From assembly GCA_963664395.2 (NCBI GenBank), contig OY761159.2, positions 1,696,001 to 1,760,000 on the forward strand: DNA of 64,000 bases, written 5' to 3'. Below, piece after piece: positions 1-10,457 of this stretch. The stretch is from Candidatus Binatia bacterium (GTDB lineage: Bacteria > Desulfobacterota > Binatia > Bin18). Within the stretch, counting starts at the first letter, position 1, and each line of letters begins with the position of its first letter. The position numbers and the translations under genes were made by a program. A model generated the notes under the pieces. It was not told the origin of the DNA, did no database searches, and was given only the letters and a program-made list of their open reading frames with translations.

Positions 1-206
1 AGCCCTTTGGTCAACTCGGCGCCGAGTTGAACTTTGGTCGGTGCCAAATTGACCCGCAACGCTTGCGCGTCGGTATTCGCGACAATAAAGTCAACGCCGG
101 CCAGCCCCCCACTGATCATCGTATTGATGGCATTCCCGCCGGCACCTCCAATCCCAACGATACGGAGCTGAGCCCCACTGCCTCCACTTTCCACAAACTC
201 AATCAT
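1..206 (-). CDS. ftsZ: Cell division protein FtsZ (5' part, runs off window)
   Basis: Manual translation of minus strand from ATG at 206: MIEFVESGGSGAQLRIVGIGGAGGNAINTMI...NTDAQAL...LGAELTKG; GGAGG RBS upstream; follows ftsA. Confidence 0.95.
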   Translation of the reverse strand, partial: MIEFVESGGSGAQLRIVGIGGAGGNAINTMISGGLAGVDFIVANTDAQALRVNLAPTKVQLGAELTKG

Positions 207-258
207 CTCCCACCTCCTTCATCTTCAGTTGGCATTTTCCCACAGGAGAGGCTGTGGT

Positions 259-1491
259 CTAAAAAAATTCTCGGAACCATTCGACGACACGTTCTCGCAT
301 ACGCTGCCAGTTTTGTCCGTCCCGTATCGGGGCCAGAGGAGGAGAGCGGTGGTGGTCTTGCACGTTACACAGGATCAGGCCGACGTTAGCCGCATACATA
401 GGGCTATGGGCCGGGTCAACCACATCGCTTACATACCGAGGCATACCACGGCGCGCAGACATACGAAAGACGCGCTGGGCTAAATCCGGCATGCCCTCAA
501 GAAGAGCGCTCCCACCGGTGAGCACCACGCCCGCGCCCAGCTTATCAAAGAAATCCCCAAAGGCGAGCTGCTCTCGGACGAGCTCAAAAATCTCTTCAAT
601 CCGCGGTTCGATAATTTCGCTCATTTTTCGCCTGGGCAGCGGATCTGCATTACGCTCGCCGATGCGGGGCATCTCAATCACCTCGCCCGGAGCAACCAGG
701 CTTATCAAGGCACAACCGTGACGCTGTTTCAGCTTCTCGGCCTCTGCCACGGGAAGGCATAAGCCCGCCGCCAAGTCGTTGGTCACGTTTTCTCCACCGA
801 CCGGCAGCACAGCGGTATGGTAGACTGCGCCTTGATAAAAAGCGGCTACACTCGTCGTGCCAGCCCCAATGTCGAGTACCACAACGCCCAGCTCCTTCTC
901 TTCCGGAGTCAAGACTGCCTCGGCGGCGGCAAGCGCGCCATAGTGAACGCCGTTGAGATAGAGCCCCGCCCGCTCACAGCATTTCTGGAGTGTACACAGG
1001 GCTGTCGAGGCAACGCTGATAGCATGCACATTTGTCTCGAGCCGCACGCCACTTGCCCCAACGGGATCGCGCCCGCGCTCTTGTCCATCAACAAGAAACT
1101 CTTGTGGGAAGACATGTAGAATTTCACACTCTGGAGGTAATGCGATAGCCTGAGCCACAGCAACCGCTTCCTCAACATCGTCCGCAGACACCTCGCCACC
1201 TTTGACCCGGACAACGCCTTGACTCGAAATACCCTCCATATGCCCACCAGTCAGGCTGCTAAACACACTATGAATTTCGCAGCTCGCGCTGACTTCAGCC
1301 TCAGCCACAGCCTTTTGTAGCCCCTGGGCAGCGTTCTCGACATTGGTCACCAGACCCTTGCGTACCCCCTGGGACGGCGCTGTCCCAATCCCCAAAACAG
1401 TCAGCCCATCAGGCGTTGTTTCTGCGACTAGAACAGCCGTCTTATACGTCCCAATATCGACACTCACCAGGAGGGAATCCTCTTTCTCCAT
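259..1491 (-). CDS. ftsA: Cell division protein FtsA
   Basis: VDIGTYKT, LDIGAGTT and VLTGGSA actin-like motifs; dcw position. Confidence 0.95.
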   Translation of the reverse strand: MEKEDSLLVSVDIGTYKTAVLVAETTPDGLTVLGIGTAPSQGVRKGLVTNVENAAQGLQKAVAEAEVSASCEIHSVFSSLTGGHMEGISSQGVVRVKGGEVSADDVEEAVAVAQAIALPPECEILHVFPQEFLVDGQERGRDPVGASGVRLETNVHAISVASTALCTLQKCCERAGLYLNGVHYGALAAAEAVLTPEEKELGVVVLDIGAGTTSVAAFYQGAVYHTAVLPVGGENVTNDLAAGLCLPVAEAEKLKQRHGCALISLVAPGEVIEMPRIGERNADPLPRRKMSEIIEPRIEEIFELVREQLAFGDFFDKLGAGVVLTGGSALLEGMPDLAQRVFRMSARRGMPRYVSDVVDPAHSPMYAANVGLILCNVQDHHRSPPLAPIRDGQNWQRMRERVVEWFREFF

Positions 1492-1500
1492 ACCATCTCC

Positions 1501-2337
1501 CTATAGCGTACGAGTGAAGCCCACGTCTTTTCCCCTATACGGCCTGAACGGGAGAGGGGACGCCACGATCTGATCGGTAAAGCGCGTATCAAAAACGGTT
1601 GCCCGCCTGTCTTGCGGCCAGCTCTCCAGCACTCGTTGTATCAGCACAAATACGGCGGGTCTGATCTTCTGACCCAGCCGAATCACGACCTGACGATCAG
1701 ACAAAAACAGGGTATAGCCTCGCTGGTCGTCCCAATGGATTTCAGACACCGCAACGCCCCATTCCCGGAGCAGCGCAAGACACAGACGCACTTCCGCTAA
1801 GACCGTCTGTGCCGTCCGCGTTTCAAGGGGAACACGCTCGAGTCCGCTAATATACGGCAGATCGTGAACACCGGATACGGGAGCGACAAAACTTTCACCG
1901 TTCCCGTCCAGATAGGCTGCTTCTGGACTCCTGATAAACGCGATAGGGTGACGCTCCTGGATGGTGAGATGAATACGTTGAGGGAACTCCCGGGTGATAA
2001 CGGCAGTCTGGACCCAGGGGTGCTGCACTAAACGCTGCTCGGCTGCCTGGACATCCAGAGCTATAATGTTCATCCCCCGCGCCAGCCCACCCCACTGTTT
2101 GATCTCGTCCTGCGTGAGCGTACCGTCAGTCGAGACAACAATATCTGTGGCAGCGAAGTAAGAATGGTGCTTGGCATAGTGCACCAAGACGACTCCCCCG
2201 ATACCGCAACCAAGGCACACTATCCCCAATAGCATCATGGACCGGACAGATATCAGGAGCTGTTGTGCCACGCCACGCCACAGGCGGCGGTTCACCTGAG
2301 GGGGGATCGAGGACTTTCTGAGGACTGGGGATCTCAT
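1501..2337 (-). CDS. ftsQ: Cell division protein FtsQ/DivIB
   Basis: Single TM segment plus POTRA-like region (HPWVQTAVITREFPQRIHLTIQER); between ddl and ftsA. Confidence 0.85.
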   Translation of the reverse strand: MRSPVLRKSSIPPQVNRRLWRGVAQQLLISVRSMMLLGIVCLGCGIGGVVLVHYAKHHSYFAATDIVVSTDGTLTQDEIKQWGGLARGMNIIALDVQAAEQRLVQHPWVQTAVITREFPQRIHLTIQERHPIAFIRSPEAAYLDGNGESFVAPVSGVHDLPYISGLERVPLETRTAQTVLAEVRLCLALLREWGVAVSEIHWDDQRGYTLFLSDRQVVIRLGQKIRPAVFVLIQRVLESWPQDRRATVFDTRFTDQIVASPLPFRPYRGKDVGFTRTL

Positions 2338-3269
2338 GCTTCTCCTCGCGGAATATGGAGTGTCGCCTGCTGCAGGATGACCTCCACGAGGTCCTCATAG
2401 GACAGTCCATGATGGGCGGCAATGCGTGGCAAATAACTCAATTCCATCAAGCCGGGCAGCGAGTTCAATTCAATCAGGAAAATTGCTCCAGTAGGGCTTA
2501 CCCGTGTATCGACTCGGCTATAGCCGCTGCACCCGAGGGCAAGATGGGCCTGCCAGGCCAGATTGAGCACCTGCTCGTACGTCGCTTCCGGCAGCGGAGC
2601 AGGCATGAGAAATTCTTCCCGCCCAGGCGTGTATTTGACCTCATAGGAATGGAATTCACCCCTGGCAACAACTTCCATTGCGCCAATCGCCTGCTCCTTG
2701 ACAATGCCGACAGTCACCTCCTGGCCGGGAATATAGGCTTCCACCAAACACGCCGTGTCATACCGAAACGCCTGAGTCAGGGCGGGCGTGAGCATCGCTT
2801 CGGAGTGGACGATGCTCACGCCAACACTCGATCCTTCCGCAATCGGCTTGACAACCACAGGATAGGAGCGCGCGACCTGCTCACACGGCGTCCCTTTCTC
2901 AACAATCTCCCAGGGCGGCGTTGGCAAATCATAGGTTTGCCAAATCCGTTTCGCCATCGCCTTATTCATGGCTAAGGCACTCGCCAGGATACTGGACCCA
3001 GTGTAGGGAATCCCCAGGGTTTCCAGTACGCCTTGCACAGCCCCATCTTCTCCAAACTTTCCATGTAAGGCGATAAAGACGACATCTGTCTTTTGCGCCT
3101 GAGCAATCCATGCTCCGCCCGGTGCAACCGGGATAGAATGGACCGTATAGCCGCGTGTCTCCAGGGCCGCACAGACGGCCTCTCCAGTCAGACGGGAGAT
3201 CTCCCGTTCTGCCGACAGCCCGCCCCAGACCACACCGACAATCTGTTCGGATCTCATTTCTGCGACCAT
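2334..3269 (-). CDS. ddl: D-alanine--D-alanine ligase
   Basis: GGLSAEREIS, ALHGKFGEDG, EGSSVG and ELNSLPG motifs. Confidence 0.95.
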   Translation of the reverse strand: MVAEMRSEQIVGVVWGGLSAEREISRLTGEAVCAALETRGYTVHSIPVAPGGAWIAQAQKTDVVFIALHGKFGEDGAVQGVLETLGIPYTGSSILASALAMNKAMAKRIWQTYDLPTPPWEIVEKGTPCEQVARSYPVVVKPIAEGSSVGVSIVHSEAMLTPALTQAFRYDTACLVEAYIPGQEVTVGIVKEQAIGAMEVVARGEFHSYEVKYTPGREEFLMPAPLPEATYEQVLNLAWQAHLALGCSGYSRVDTRVSPTGAIFLIELNSLPGLMELSYLPRIAAHHGLSYEDLVEVILQQATLHIPRGEA

Positions 3270-4213
3270 TCCCCAACCCGACGAACCTCAGGCTCAAGCC
3301 AGACCTGTTGTCCTTGCCAGACCTGGCGTTGCACGTGTTCTACGAGGTGCCACACCTGGGTAGCAGTGGCACCTCCAGTATTCACAATGAAATTGGCGTG
3401 GTGCTCAGAGACCTGCGCGTGTCCCCGGCGACTTCCCTTACAGCCCACCGCCTCAATCATGCGACCCGCATAGCGTCCCGACGGATTCTTAAATATGGAC
3501 CCCGCGTTCGGATATCCGTGGGGCTGGTGACGTTTACGTTTTTCGCGCGCCTGTTGCATCGCGGCGGTAATACGGGCTTGGGGCGTTTGGCGGAGCCGAA
3601 ACACAACCTCGCTTACGATGAATTTTGGAGGGAGCGCGGTTTTTCGATAGGCAAAGCCAATTGAGGCACCGGACAATCGCAGGTACTGGCCTGTTTGTGT
3701 AACCCCGGTGACAGCCGCAACCACTGCACTCAGTTCACCCCCAAAGGCCCCAGCATTCATTAAGAGCCCCCCCCCGACGCGACCCGGAATCCCCTCGGCA
3801 AATTCCACCCCCCCATACCCTTTGCGGGCAGCTTCCCGCACGAATCGTCCCAATGAACGGCCGGCGCCGACACGGACCTGAGCGGCACTCTGCTGTGCAG
3901 GCTGGACAGACCAGTCGGAATAGTCGAACCCCCGCCCCAGCCGAATCACCACCCCGCGGACACCTTTGTCGCTGACGAGGACATTGGTCCCCCCACCGAG
4001 GAGGAGGCAGGGGGCGCCGTGTTCCATCACAATACGTATCAGCGTCTGAAGCTCAGCCAGCGCAGGTGGTTCGACAAAAATGTCTGCCGGCCCACCAATA
4101 CGAAATGAAGTGTAGCCGGCCAGACCGACATCAAAGCGCACACACGGGCCGAGGGCGCGTCGCAGCTGCGTCTTCAAATCATGCTGCACTTCAGTCTGCA
4201 ACTCAGCGGGCAT
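3254..4213 (-). CDS. murB: UDP-N-acetylenolpyruvoylglucosamine reductase
   Basis: TSFRIGGPA, GIPGRVGG, MNAGAFG, AGSIFKNP and HANFIVN motifs; start inferred at ATG 4213. Confidence 0.93.
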   Translation of the reverse strand: MPAELQTEVQHDLKTQLRRALGPCVRFDVGLAGYTSFRIGGPADIFVEPPALAELQTLIRIVMEHGAPCLLLGGGTNVLVSDKGVRGVVIRLGRGFDYSDWSVQPAQQSAAQVRVGAGRSLGRFVREAARKGYGGVEFAEGIPGRVGGGLLMNAGAFGGELSAVVAAVTGVTQTGQYLRLSGASIGFAYRKTALPPKFIVSEVVFRLRQTPQARITAAMQQAREKRKRHQPHGYPNAGSIFKNPSGRYAGRMIEAVGCKGSRRGHAQVSEHHANFIVNTGGATATQVWHLVEHVQRQVWQGQQVWLEPEVRRVGEWSQK

Positions 4214-5723
4214 TGACGCCTCCACTCCGGAGTCGGGCCAGAAGCTCGGGGCCGGTCCGGACAATATCCCCAGCCCCTAACGTCAACACTAAGTCACCCG
4301 CCCGGGTAATGGCCTGTACCGCCTGCGCCAACTCTGTGCGGTCCGGGACGAAGTGTACCTCAGCATGCCCGCGCCGTTTGATGGCCTCATACAGCTTTTC
4401 CCCTGAGATATCAGCCCGCGGCTCTTCACCAGCAGGGTAAATTTCCGTCAGTACCAAAACGTCGGCATCATCAAATGCAGACAGAAACTCATCGAAGAGG
4501 TGGGCTGTGCGTGAATAGCGATGGGGTTGGAAGAGCGCGATCAAACGGCGACCGAAACCTTCCCTGGCAGCGCGGAGGGTGGCTCGTAATTCTTCAGGGT
4601 GATGGGCGTAATCGTCAACCACCAACACCTCCGCGACTTCTCCCTTTATCTCAAAGCGGCGCTGAATACCGGTAAATCCGTGCAGGGCCTCCTGGACTTG
4701 GGAAAACGTAATACCCAGCTCAAGGGCGACCGCCACAACCGCCAGGGCGTTCAGCGCATAGTGGTGACCGGGCAAGTTCAGTTGGATATCGCCGAGTCGC
4801 TCTGTGCCACGCCAGACCTCACACCGTGTCGTGAGTCCGGAGACCGTCAGCTGTTTGGCCTGCACATCCGCTTCCGGACTCAGGCCATAGGTCACAAACC
4901 GTTTGCGCACCTGGGGAAGCAGCGCGCGGACATGCACGCTGTCCAGGCACAGCACGGCCCGGCCGTAAAAGGGAATCCGATTAATAAATTCGAGATAGGC
5001 GGCTTGGACGTGATCCATATGTCCATAGTAATCAAGATGCTCAGGATCAATATTGGTCACCACAACAAGCGTTGGGCTGAGCAGGAGAAACGTCCCATCA
5101 CTCTCGTCGGCTTCAGCAACGAGAAAACGCCCCTGGCCCAGCCGGGCATTGCACCCCAGCACATTGAGCCGTCCACCAATGACCATGGTCGGATCAAAGT
5201 GCGCATGGGCGAGGGCTGTTGCGATTAAGGACGTCGTCGTCGTCTTGCCATGCGTCCCGGCAACAGCGATGCCGTATTTGAGGCGCATCAGCTCAGCCAG
5301 CATTTCCGCCCGAGGAATGACCGGGATACTGAGTGCGCGGGCACGCACGACTTCCGGATTGGCATATTTCACAGCCGACGAGATGACGACAACATCGGTA
5401 TCGGAATGGACATGCTGCGGCTGGTGGCCATAGACAATATGCGCACCGTTGCGTTTCAATCGCACCGTTGTTTCGGATTCGATGAGATCCGATCCACTGA
5501 TCTGATAGCCGAGATTGAGTAATACCTCGGCAATGCCACTCATGCCGACTCCACCAATACCGACAAAGTGAATGCGGCGGTTGGTATCAAACAAGACAGG
5601 CGTCTCGGACACCGCGTTCGCGTGTATCGGCAGGCCAGCCCGAGCGGGTGGCTGCATATCGGCTCCGGCAGCACTTCGGTCGCTTATACCGCTCAGTTCC
5701 TGTCCCTTCATCTTTCTTGGCAC
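4203..5723 (-). CDS. murC: UDP-N-acetylmuramate--L-alanine ligase
   Basis: HFVGIGGVGMSG, GTHGKTTTT, EADESD and DDYAHHP motifs; true start may be downstream. Confidence 0.95.
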   Translation of the reverse strand: MPRKMKGQELSGISDRSAAGADMQPPARAGLPIHANAVSETPVLFDTNRRIHFVGIGGVGMSGIAEVLLNLGYQISGSDLIESETTVRLKRNGAHIVYGHQPQHVHSDTDVVVISSAVKYANPEVVRARALSIPVIPRAEMLAELMRLKYGIAVAGTHGKTTTTSLIATALAHAHFDPTMVIGGRLNVLGCNARLGQGRFLVAEADESDGTFLLLSPTLVVVTNIDPEHLDYYGHMDHVQAAYLEFINRIPFYGRAVLCLDSVHVRALLPQVRKRFVTYGLSPEADVQAKQLTVSGLTTRCEVWRGTERLGDIQLNLPGHHYALNALAVVAVALELGITFSQVQEALHGFTGIQRRFEIKGEVAEVLVVDDYAHHPEELRATLRAAREGFGRRLIALFQPHRYSRTAHLFDEFLSAFDDADVLVLTEIYPAGEEPRADISGEKLYEAIKRRGHAEVHFVPDRTELAQAVQAITRAGDLVLTLGAGDIVRTGPELLARLRSGGVNAR

Positions 5724-6859
5724 GGAACCTCCTGGCCGGAAGAAGACCCATCAGAAGTGCAGGCAAAGCACGTCTGCACGACGGCGGCTGTAGCGTCGGG
5801 GCGGCCTAAAGCCGCCGCCGCCCGGGCCATAGCTCCCAACGTGCCGCTCTGTTGGACGAGCCTTGCAATAGTCCGCTCCAGCAACTCAGGAGACAGCGTG
5901 TGATCCAGGAGCATCACCGCCGCCCCAGCCTGCACAAGGGCTTCAGCGTTGGCTCGTTGGTGGTCGTCGGCCGCATATGGATAGGGAATAAGGATGGCGG
6001 GTTTTCCGAGCAGAGTCAGCTCCGCGGTCGTCATCGCCCCAGCCCGGCAAATCACGAGGTCGGCTTCAGCATATACCTCCTGCATGGCGTCAATAAACGG
6101 CACCACCCGCGCCATTATCCCTACCGCCGCGTAAGATGCGGTGACGGCTGCATACTCGGCCTGGCCGGTCTGATGGATGATCTGTATTGTTTGCGCTGGG
6201 CTTGAACTCTTGCGCCCACTCCGCCTCTTGTGTAACAGCGCTAACGCCTGTGGCACGATGTGGTTGAGCCGGTGTGCTCCGGCACTGCCACCAAAGACGA
6301 GGATGGTCAAAGGCTTGTCTGTTGGTGCCGGCTGGAGCGTCGGCTGCAAGGCATGTCGCACAGGATTGCCGGTATGGACAACTTTGTGTGGAGGGAAAAA
6401 ACGGCTGGCCGTCTCAAATCCAAGACAGACGCGGGCGGCAAACCGGCTCAAGAAGCGGTTTGTCAGCCCAGGAATCGCGTTGGGCTCAAGCAGGACACAC
6501 GGGATGCGTTGCAGCCAGCCAGCCAGGACAGTCGGAGCGGACGCATAGCCCCCGATACTGAAGATCACGTCGGGAGCGAACTCACGGATAATACGCCACG
6601 CGCTCCCGACGCCATAGCCAGCGACCCCTAGGGCGCGGATTTTACCCCACCACGTTCGTCCGCGCAGCTGTTCGGCAGGGATAAAACGTAAAGAAAATCC
6701 AAGCTGTGGGATCACATCTTTTTCCATTCCGCCGCTGGTACCAACAAACAACACCGCCGCATCAGCCGTGCGCTGCGCGCCCTCTGCCACCGCAACCCCA
6801 GGGAAGAGGTGCCCGCCGGTTCCTCCCGCCGCAAGCAGGAGTCGAGGAGCCCTAGGCAT
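5708..6859 (-). CDS. murG: Undecaprenyl-PP-MurNAc-pentapeptide GlcNAc transferase
   Basis: GGTGGHLFP, GGYAS, TGNPVR, GGSAGA and HQRANA motifs. Confidence 0.95.
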   Translation of the reverse strand: MPRAPRLLLAAGGTGGHLFPGVAVAEGAQRTADAAVLFVGTSGGMEKDVIPQLGFSLRFIPAEQLRGRTWWGKIRALGVAGYGVGSAWRIIREFAPDVIFSIGGYASAPTVLAGWLQRIPCVLLEPNAIPGLTNRFLSRFAARVCLGFETASRFFPPHKVVHTGNPVRHALQPTLQPAPTDKPLTILVFGGSAGAHRLNHIVPQALALLHKRRSGRKSSSPAQTIQIIHQTGQAEYAAVTASYAAVGIMARVVPFIDAMQEVYAEADLVICRAGAMTTAELTLLGKPAILIPYPYAADDHQRANAEALVQAGAAVMLLDHTLSPELLERTIARLVQQSGTLGAMARAAAALGRPDATAAVVQTCFACTSDGSSSGQEVPCQER

Positions 6860-8018
6860 AGGCAATATTCCTCCGCTGGACCTCACGCGAGAGTCCAAGC
6901 AGCATGCCAATATAGATAAGGATCATCACCAACGCAGACCCTCCGTAGCTGACGAATGGCAGCGGCAGTCCGGTTATCGGGAGCAGTCCGACGGCAACCG
7001 CCATATTGAGCCCAGCCTGGCAGACCACTAAGAACGTACACCCAAATGCGAGCAAACGACCAAACTGCGTCGGGTGGCGCACCGCGACCCAGAGCCCCCG
7101 CGCCCCCAAAAGGCCAAAAAGGAGTATGATGCCCGTGGTGCCCCATAAACCGGTTTCTTCGCCAACAACGGCGAAGACAAAGTCCGTGTGGGCCTCTGGC
7201 AAGTAAAACATCTTCTGCCGACTTTCTCCGAGCCCAATCCCATGCACCCCCCCTGCTCCAAAGGCCAGGAGAGACTGGTGGAGTTGATAGCCGGCCCCCT
7301 GTAAATCAGCCGACCGGTTAAGAAACGTATCGAGCCGGTCAGTTCGGTAGCCTGCACTCAGGATCCCATAGCTGAGGCACAGCAGCCCGACTCCAGCCAG
7401 CACGACGAGATGACGCCCACGCGCGCCGGCAACAAAAATCAAAGCAGCCAAAAGGAGACAGATGAACACGGCCCCCCCTAAGTCCGGCTCCAGGGCAATG
7501 AGCACCGCGACACACCCGACCACCAAAAGGGGGGGCAGCAATCCATACATAAAGCTGTGGATTCGGTCTGCCTTTTTCGTGAGGGTAGAGGCGAGGTAGA
7601 GCACCACGGCTCCCTTGGCGAATTCAGAGGGTTGAAAATTCAGCGCTCCAAAGGACAACCAGCGCTGCACTTTGCCGTGACTGAAGCTCGGCAGCAAGAC
7701 AAGACATAAGATTATGAATGCCACTATTAACGCAGGGTAGGCGAGCGTACGGAACACCGTCGAAGGGAGAGCCAGGGCCACAAGACAGCCAAGACAACCG
7801 ATCACTAAGGCAACGTTATGTTTCCGAACAAAAAGGTAGGGATCATCGAAACGGTCAAACGCATAAAAATAGGTCGTGTTAAAAACGAAAAGCTCCCCGC
7901 TCAAGACCAGCAGGAGCACCGCTCCGAGCAGCCATGCGTCAACCGGACCACGGCGGATCAACCCTGGGGTTTGGGCGTCTGTGAATTGTCCTGAGAACAT
8001 TTTGTCAAAAATCTTCAT
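6852..8018 (-). CDS. ftsW: Peptidoglycan glycosyltransferase FtsW
   Basis: FQPSEFAK, LPEAHTDF and LPFVSYGGS SEDS motifs. Confidence 0.95.
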   Translation of the reverse strand: MKIFDKMFSGQFTDAQTPGLIRRGPVDAWLLGAVLLLVLSGELFVFNTTYFYAFDRFDDPYLFVRKHNVALVIGCLGCLVALALPSTVFRTLAYPALIVAFIILCLVLLPSFSHGKVQRWLSFGALNFQPSEFAKGAVVLYLASTLTKKADRIHSFMYGLLPPLLVVGCVAVLIALEPDLGGAVFICLLLAALIFVAGARGRHLVVLAGVGLLCLSYGILSAGYRTDRLDTFLNRSADLQGAGYQLHQSLLAFGAGGVHGIGLGESRQKMFYLPEAHTDFVFAVVGEETGLWGTTGIILLFGLLGARGLWVAVRHPTQFGRLLAFGCTFLVVCQAGLNMAVAVGLLPITGLPLPFVSYGGSALVMILIYIGMLLGLSREVQRRNIAYA

Positions 8019-9370
8019 AACGCCTTAACGTAGGACCGAAACGCTTCTCCACGGTGGGCATAGTTCCGGAACTGGTCAAAACTCGCACACGCCGGAGAGA
8101 GGAGGACCGTATCTCCCGCTTGGGCTCCCCTGTGGGCGGCCTGCACGGCCTCGTCCAGGGCGGCGACCAGAAGTGTGTCGGTCTCCTGTCCCAGTGCTGC
8201 GTGTAAGGCGCGCTGGGCCTGACCAAAGAGAATAAGCCTTTTCCCCTTGGCCCGGAGCACCTCCCGGAGGGGACGATAATCGCCGCCTTTCTCTACCCCT
8301 CCAGCAAGAAGAATAACCGACCCGGAAAAACTGTTGAGCGACTGGACAACTGCGTCAATATTCGTCCCTTTGGAGTCATTGACATAGGCCACCCCACCCT
8401 TCTCCGCCACGAGTTCAAGCCGGTGTGGTAAGCCAGTGAAGGTGGCCAACACGGTCCGGATCACAGCAGGGGGGACCCCGCACAACGTTGCCGCACTCAC
8501 CGCGGCCATGACGTTGGCAGTATTATGCCTCCCACGGAGATGCACATCATCAATCGCATAGCGCAGCTCATGCCCAGCGTGGTGGAGAACGAGGGTCCCT
8601 GCCTCAACCCATGCCCCTTCGACACTGTCTCCGGCCAAAGGAGTCCACCCAAAAGAAAACAGCCGTCCGGGTAGCCCTTGACACAACGCACGGACGCGGG
8701 GGTCGTCTCGATTCATGACAACCCAATCAGACCGACGCTGCTGAGCAAATAAGCGCCGTTTGGCCACGCCATATCTTTCAAAACTCCCGTGCCGGTCCAG
8801 ATGATCTTCACTCAGATTGAGGAATACACCAATCTGTGGACGGAACTGCTTGACCCATTCGAGTTGGAAGCTGGAAATCTCGGCAACCGCAATCGCGTAG
8901 GATGCTCCGACTGCGTCAATGAGTGGAGTTCCCAAGTTCCCTCCAGTGAAGGTAGCCTTGCCAGACTGCTGAATGATCTCCCCCAGGAGGGACGTCGTTG
9001 TGCTTTTCCCGTTCGTGCCGGTGATTGCCAGAATCGGACATGTCAGCAGCTGATAGGCCAGCTCGATTTCACTCCACACCGCAACCTGCCGACGCACCGC
9101 CTCCCTCAGCAGCGGATGCATTGCCGGCACGCCAGGACTTGGAATCACGAGATGAACCCCACGCAGTACCCCCCCTATATCCCCCTTATCGGGGGGGACT
9201 CGGGATTGGGGATTCGCTCTCCCAGTCCCTAATCCCGAGTCCCGAGTCCCCGTACTCCCAACATCTTCATACACCCGGACGTGGCCGCCGCGGGCAAGAA
9301 CACACTGCGCAACACTTTTTCCCGTTCGCCCCAGGCCAATGATAAGTACGGTCTTTCCCGCAAGATCCAT
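8015..9370 (-). CDS. murD: UDP-N-acetylmuramoyl-L-alanine--D-glutamate ligase
   Basis: GLGRTG, SPGVP, ITGTNGKSTT, EISSFQL, NDSKGTN and LSPACASFDQF motifs. Confidence 0.95.
   Translation of the reverse strand: MDLAGKTVLIIGLGRTGKSVAQCVLARGGHVRVYEDVGSTGTRDSGLGTGRANPQSRVPPDKGDIGGVLRGVHLVIPSPGVPAMHPLLREAVRRQVAVWSEIELAYQLLTCPILAITGTNGKSTTTSLLGEIIQQSGKATFTGGNLGTPLIDAVGASYAIAVAEISSFQLEWVKQFRPQIGVFLNLSEDHLDRHGSFERYGVAKRRLFAQQRRSDWVVMNRDDPRVRALCQGLPGRLFSFGWTPLAGDSVEGAWVEAGTLVLHHAGHELRYAIDDVHLRGRHNTANVMAAVSAATLCGVPPAVIRTVLATFTGLPHRLELVAEKGGVAYVNDSKGTNIDAVVQSLNSFSGSVILLAGGVEKGGDYRPLREVLRAKGKRLILFGQAQRALHAALGQETDTLLVAALDEAVQAAHRGAQAGDTVLLSPACASFDQFRNYAHRGEAFRSYVKAL
9169..9252. repeat. Heptamer tandem/inverted repeats and a C-run/G-run palindrome inside the murD coding sequence
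   Basis: CCCCCCCTATATCCCCCTTATCGGGGGGGAC, then GGGACTC-GGGATTG-GGGATTC facing CCCAGTC-CCTAATC-CCGAGTC-CCGAGTC; similar heptamers occur intergenically at 21062-21118. Confidence 0.7.
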
Positions 9371-9380
9371 AATCGTTCTC

Positions 9381-10457
9381 TCAACGCAGTTTGAGCGTGC
9401 TTAATGCGGCGAGGGCACAGATGATGGAAACAATCCAAAAACGGACAATGATAAGCGGTTCCGGCCAGCCAAGTAATTCAAAGTGATGATGGAGTGGAGC
9501 CATGCGGAAGATGCGTTTTTGTCTCAATTTATACGAGCCTACCTGAAAGATGACCGAGGCCGCCTCAATCACAAAGACCCCGCCCACGATCGCCAGCACT
9601 ATTTCCTGTTTACTAATCAGCGCGACAATGCCCAATGCAGCCCCGAGGGAGAGTGAGCCAACATCGCCCATAATCATTTGGGCCGGGTAGGCGTTAAACC
9701 ACAAAAAGCCCAGCCCGGCGGCCGCCAGTGCCCCACAGAAGACGGTCACCTCACCGGCGCCAGCCACATAGGGGACCTGCAAGTATTCAGCAATTCTGCT
9801 GTGGCCGCTCACATAGGTGAAAATGGCGTAGGTCACCCCAGCGATCATCACTGGCCCAATGGCTAACCCATCAAGACCATCAGTGAGATTGACCGCATTC
9901 GAGGCGCCCACCACAACAAAGGTGGCAAAGGGGATATACCACCAGCCAAGGGCTGGCCGGACGTCTTTTAAGAAGGGAATGGTCAGCGTGGTGTCAAAGC
10001 CCGGCTGGCCAAAGAGCCACAAGGCCGCTGCCAGCGCAATCGCACATTGCGCCAGGAGTTTATACTTCCCACGTAAGCCAGCCGAGTTCTGCTGGCTGAT
10101 TTTCTGATAATCATCGAGAAATCCAATCAAACCAAAGCCGATAGTAACACCAAGCACCAACCAGATATACGGATTCGTTAAGTCGGCTAACAGGACGGTC
10201 GCCAGCGTGAGGGAGAAGAGAATCAAAGCGCCCCCCATGGTTGGCGTACCAGCTTTGCTCAGATGCGTCGCGGGCCCATCTGAGCGGATGGGCTGGCCCG
10301 CCTTGAGCGCGGTCAGTCGAGCAATCAGCCAGGGTCCGAGGACAAAAGAAACACTCAGGGCAAGTAATCCTGCTAACAGGGTTCTAAACGTAATGTAGCG
10401 AAAGACGTTGAACCCGGAGTAGGTTGTATGGAGGGCATATAAGAAGGCATACAGCAT
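9381..10457 (-). CDS. mraY: Phospho-N-acetylmuramoyl-pentapeptide transferase
   Basis: [28 protein letters not shown] and MAPLHHHFE motifs. Confidence 0.97.
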   Translation of the reverse strand: MLYAFLYALHTTYSGFNVFRYITFRTLLAGLLALSVSFVLGPWLIARLTALKAGQPIRSDGPATHLSKAGTPTMGGALILFSLTLATVLLADLTNPYIWLVLGVTIGFGLIGFLDDYQKISQQNSAGLRGKYKLLAQCAIALAAALWLFGQPGFDTTLTIPFLKDVRPALGWWYIPFATFVVVGASNAVNLTDGLDGLAIGPVMIAGVTYAIFTYVSGHSRIAEYLQVPYVAGAGEVTVFCGALAAAGLGFLWFNAYPAQMIMGDVGSLSLGAALGIVALISKQEIVLAIVGGVFVIEAASVIFQVGSYKLRQKRIFRMAPLHHHFELLGWPEPLIIVRFWIVSIICALAALSTLKLR

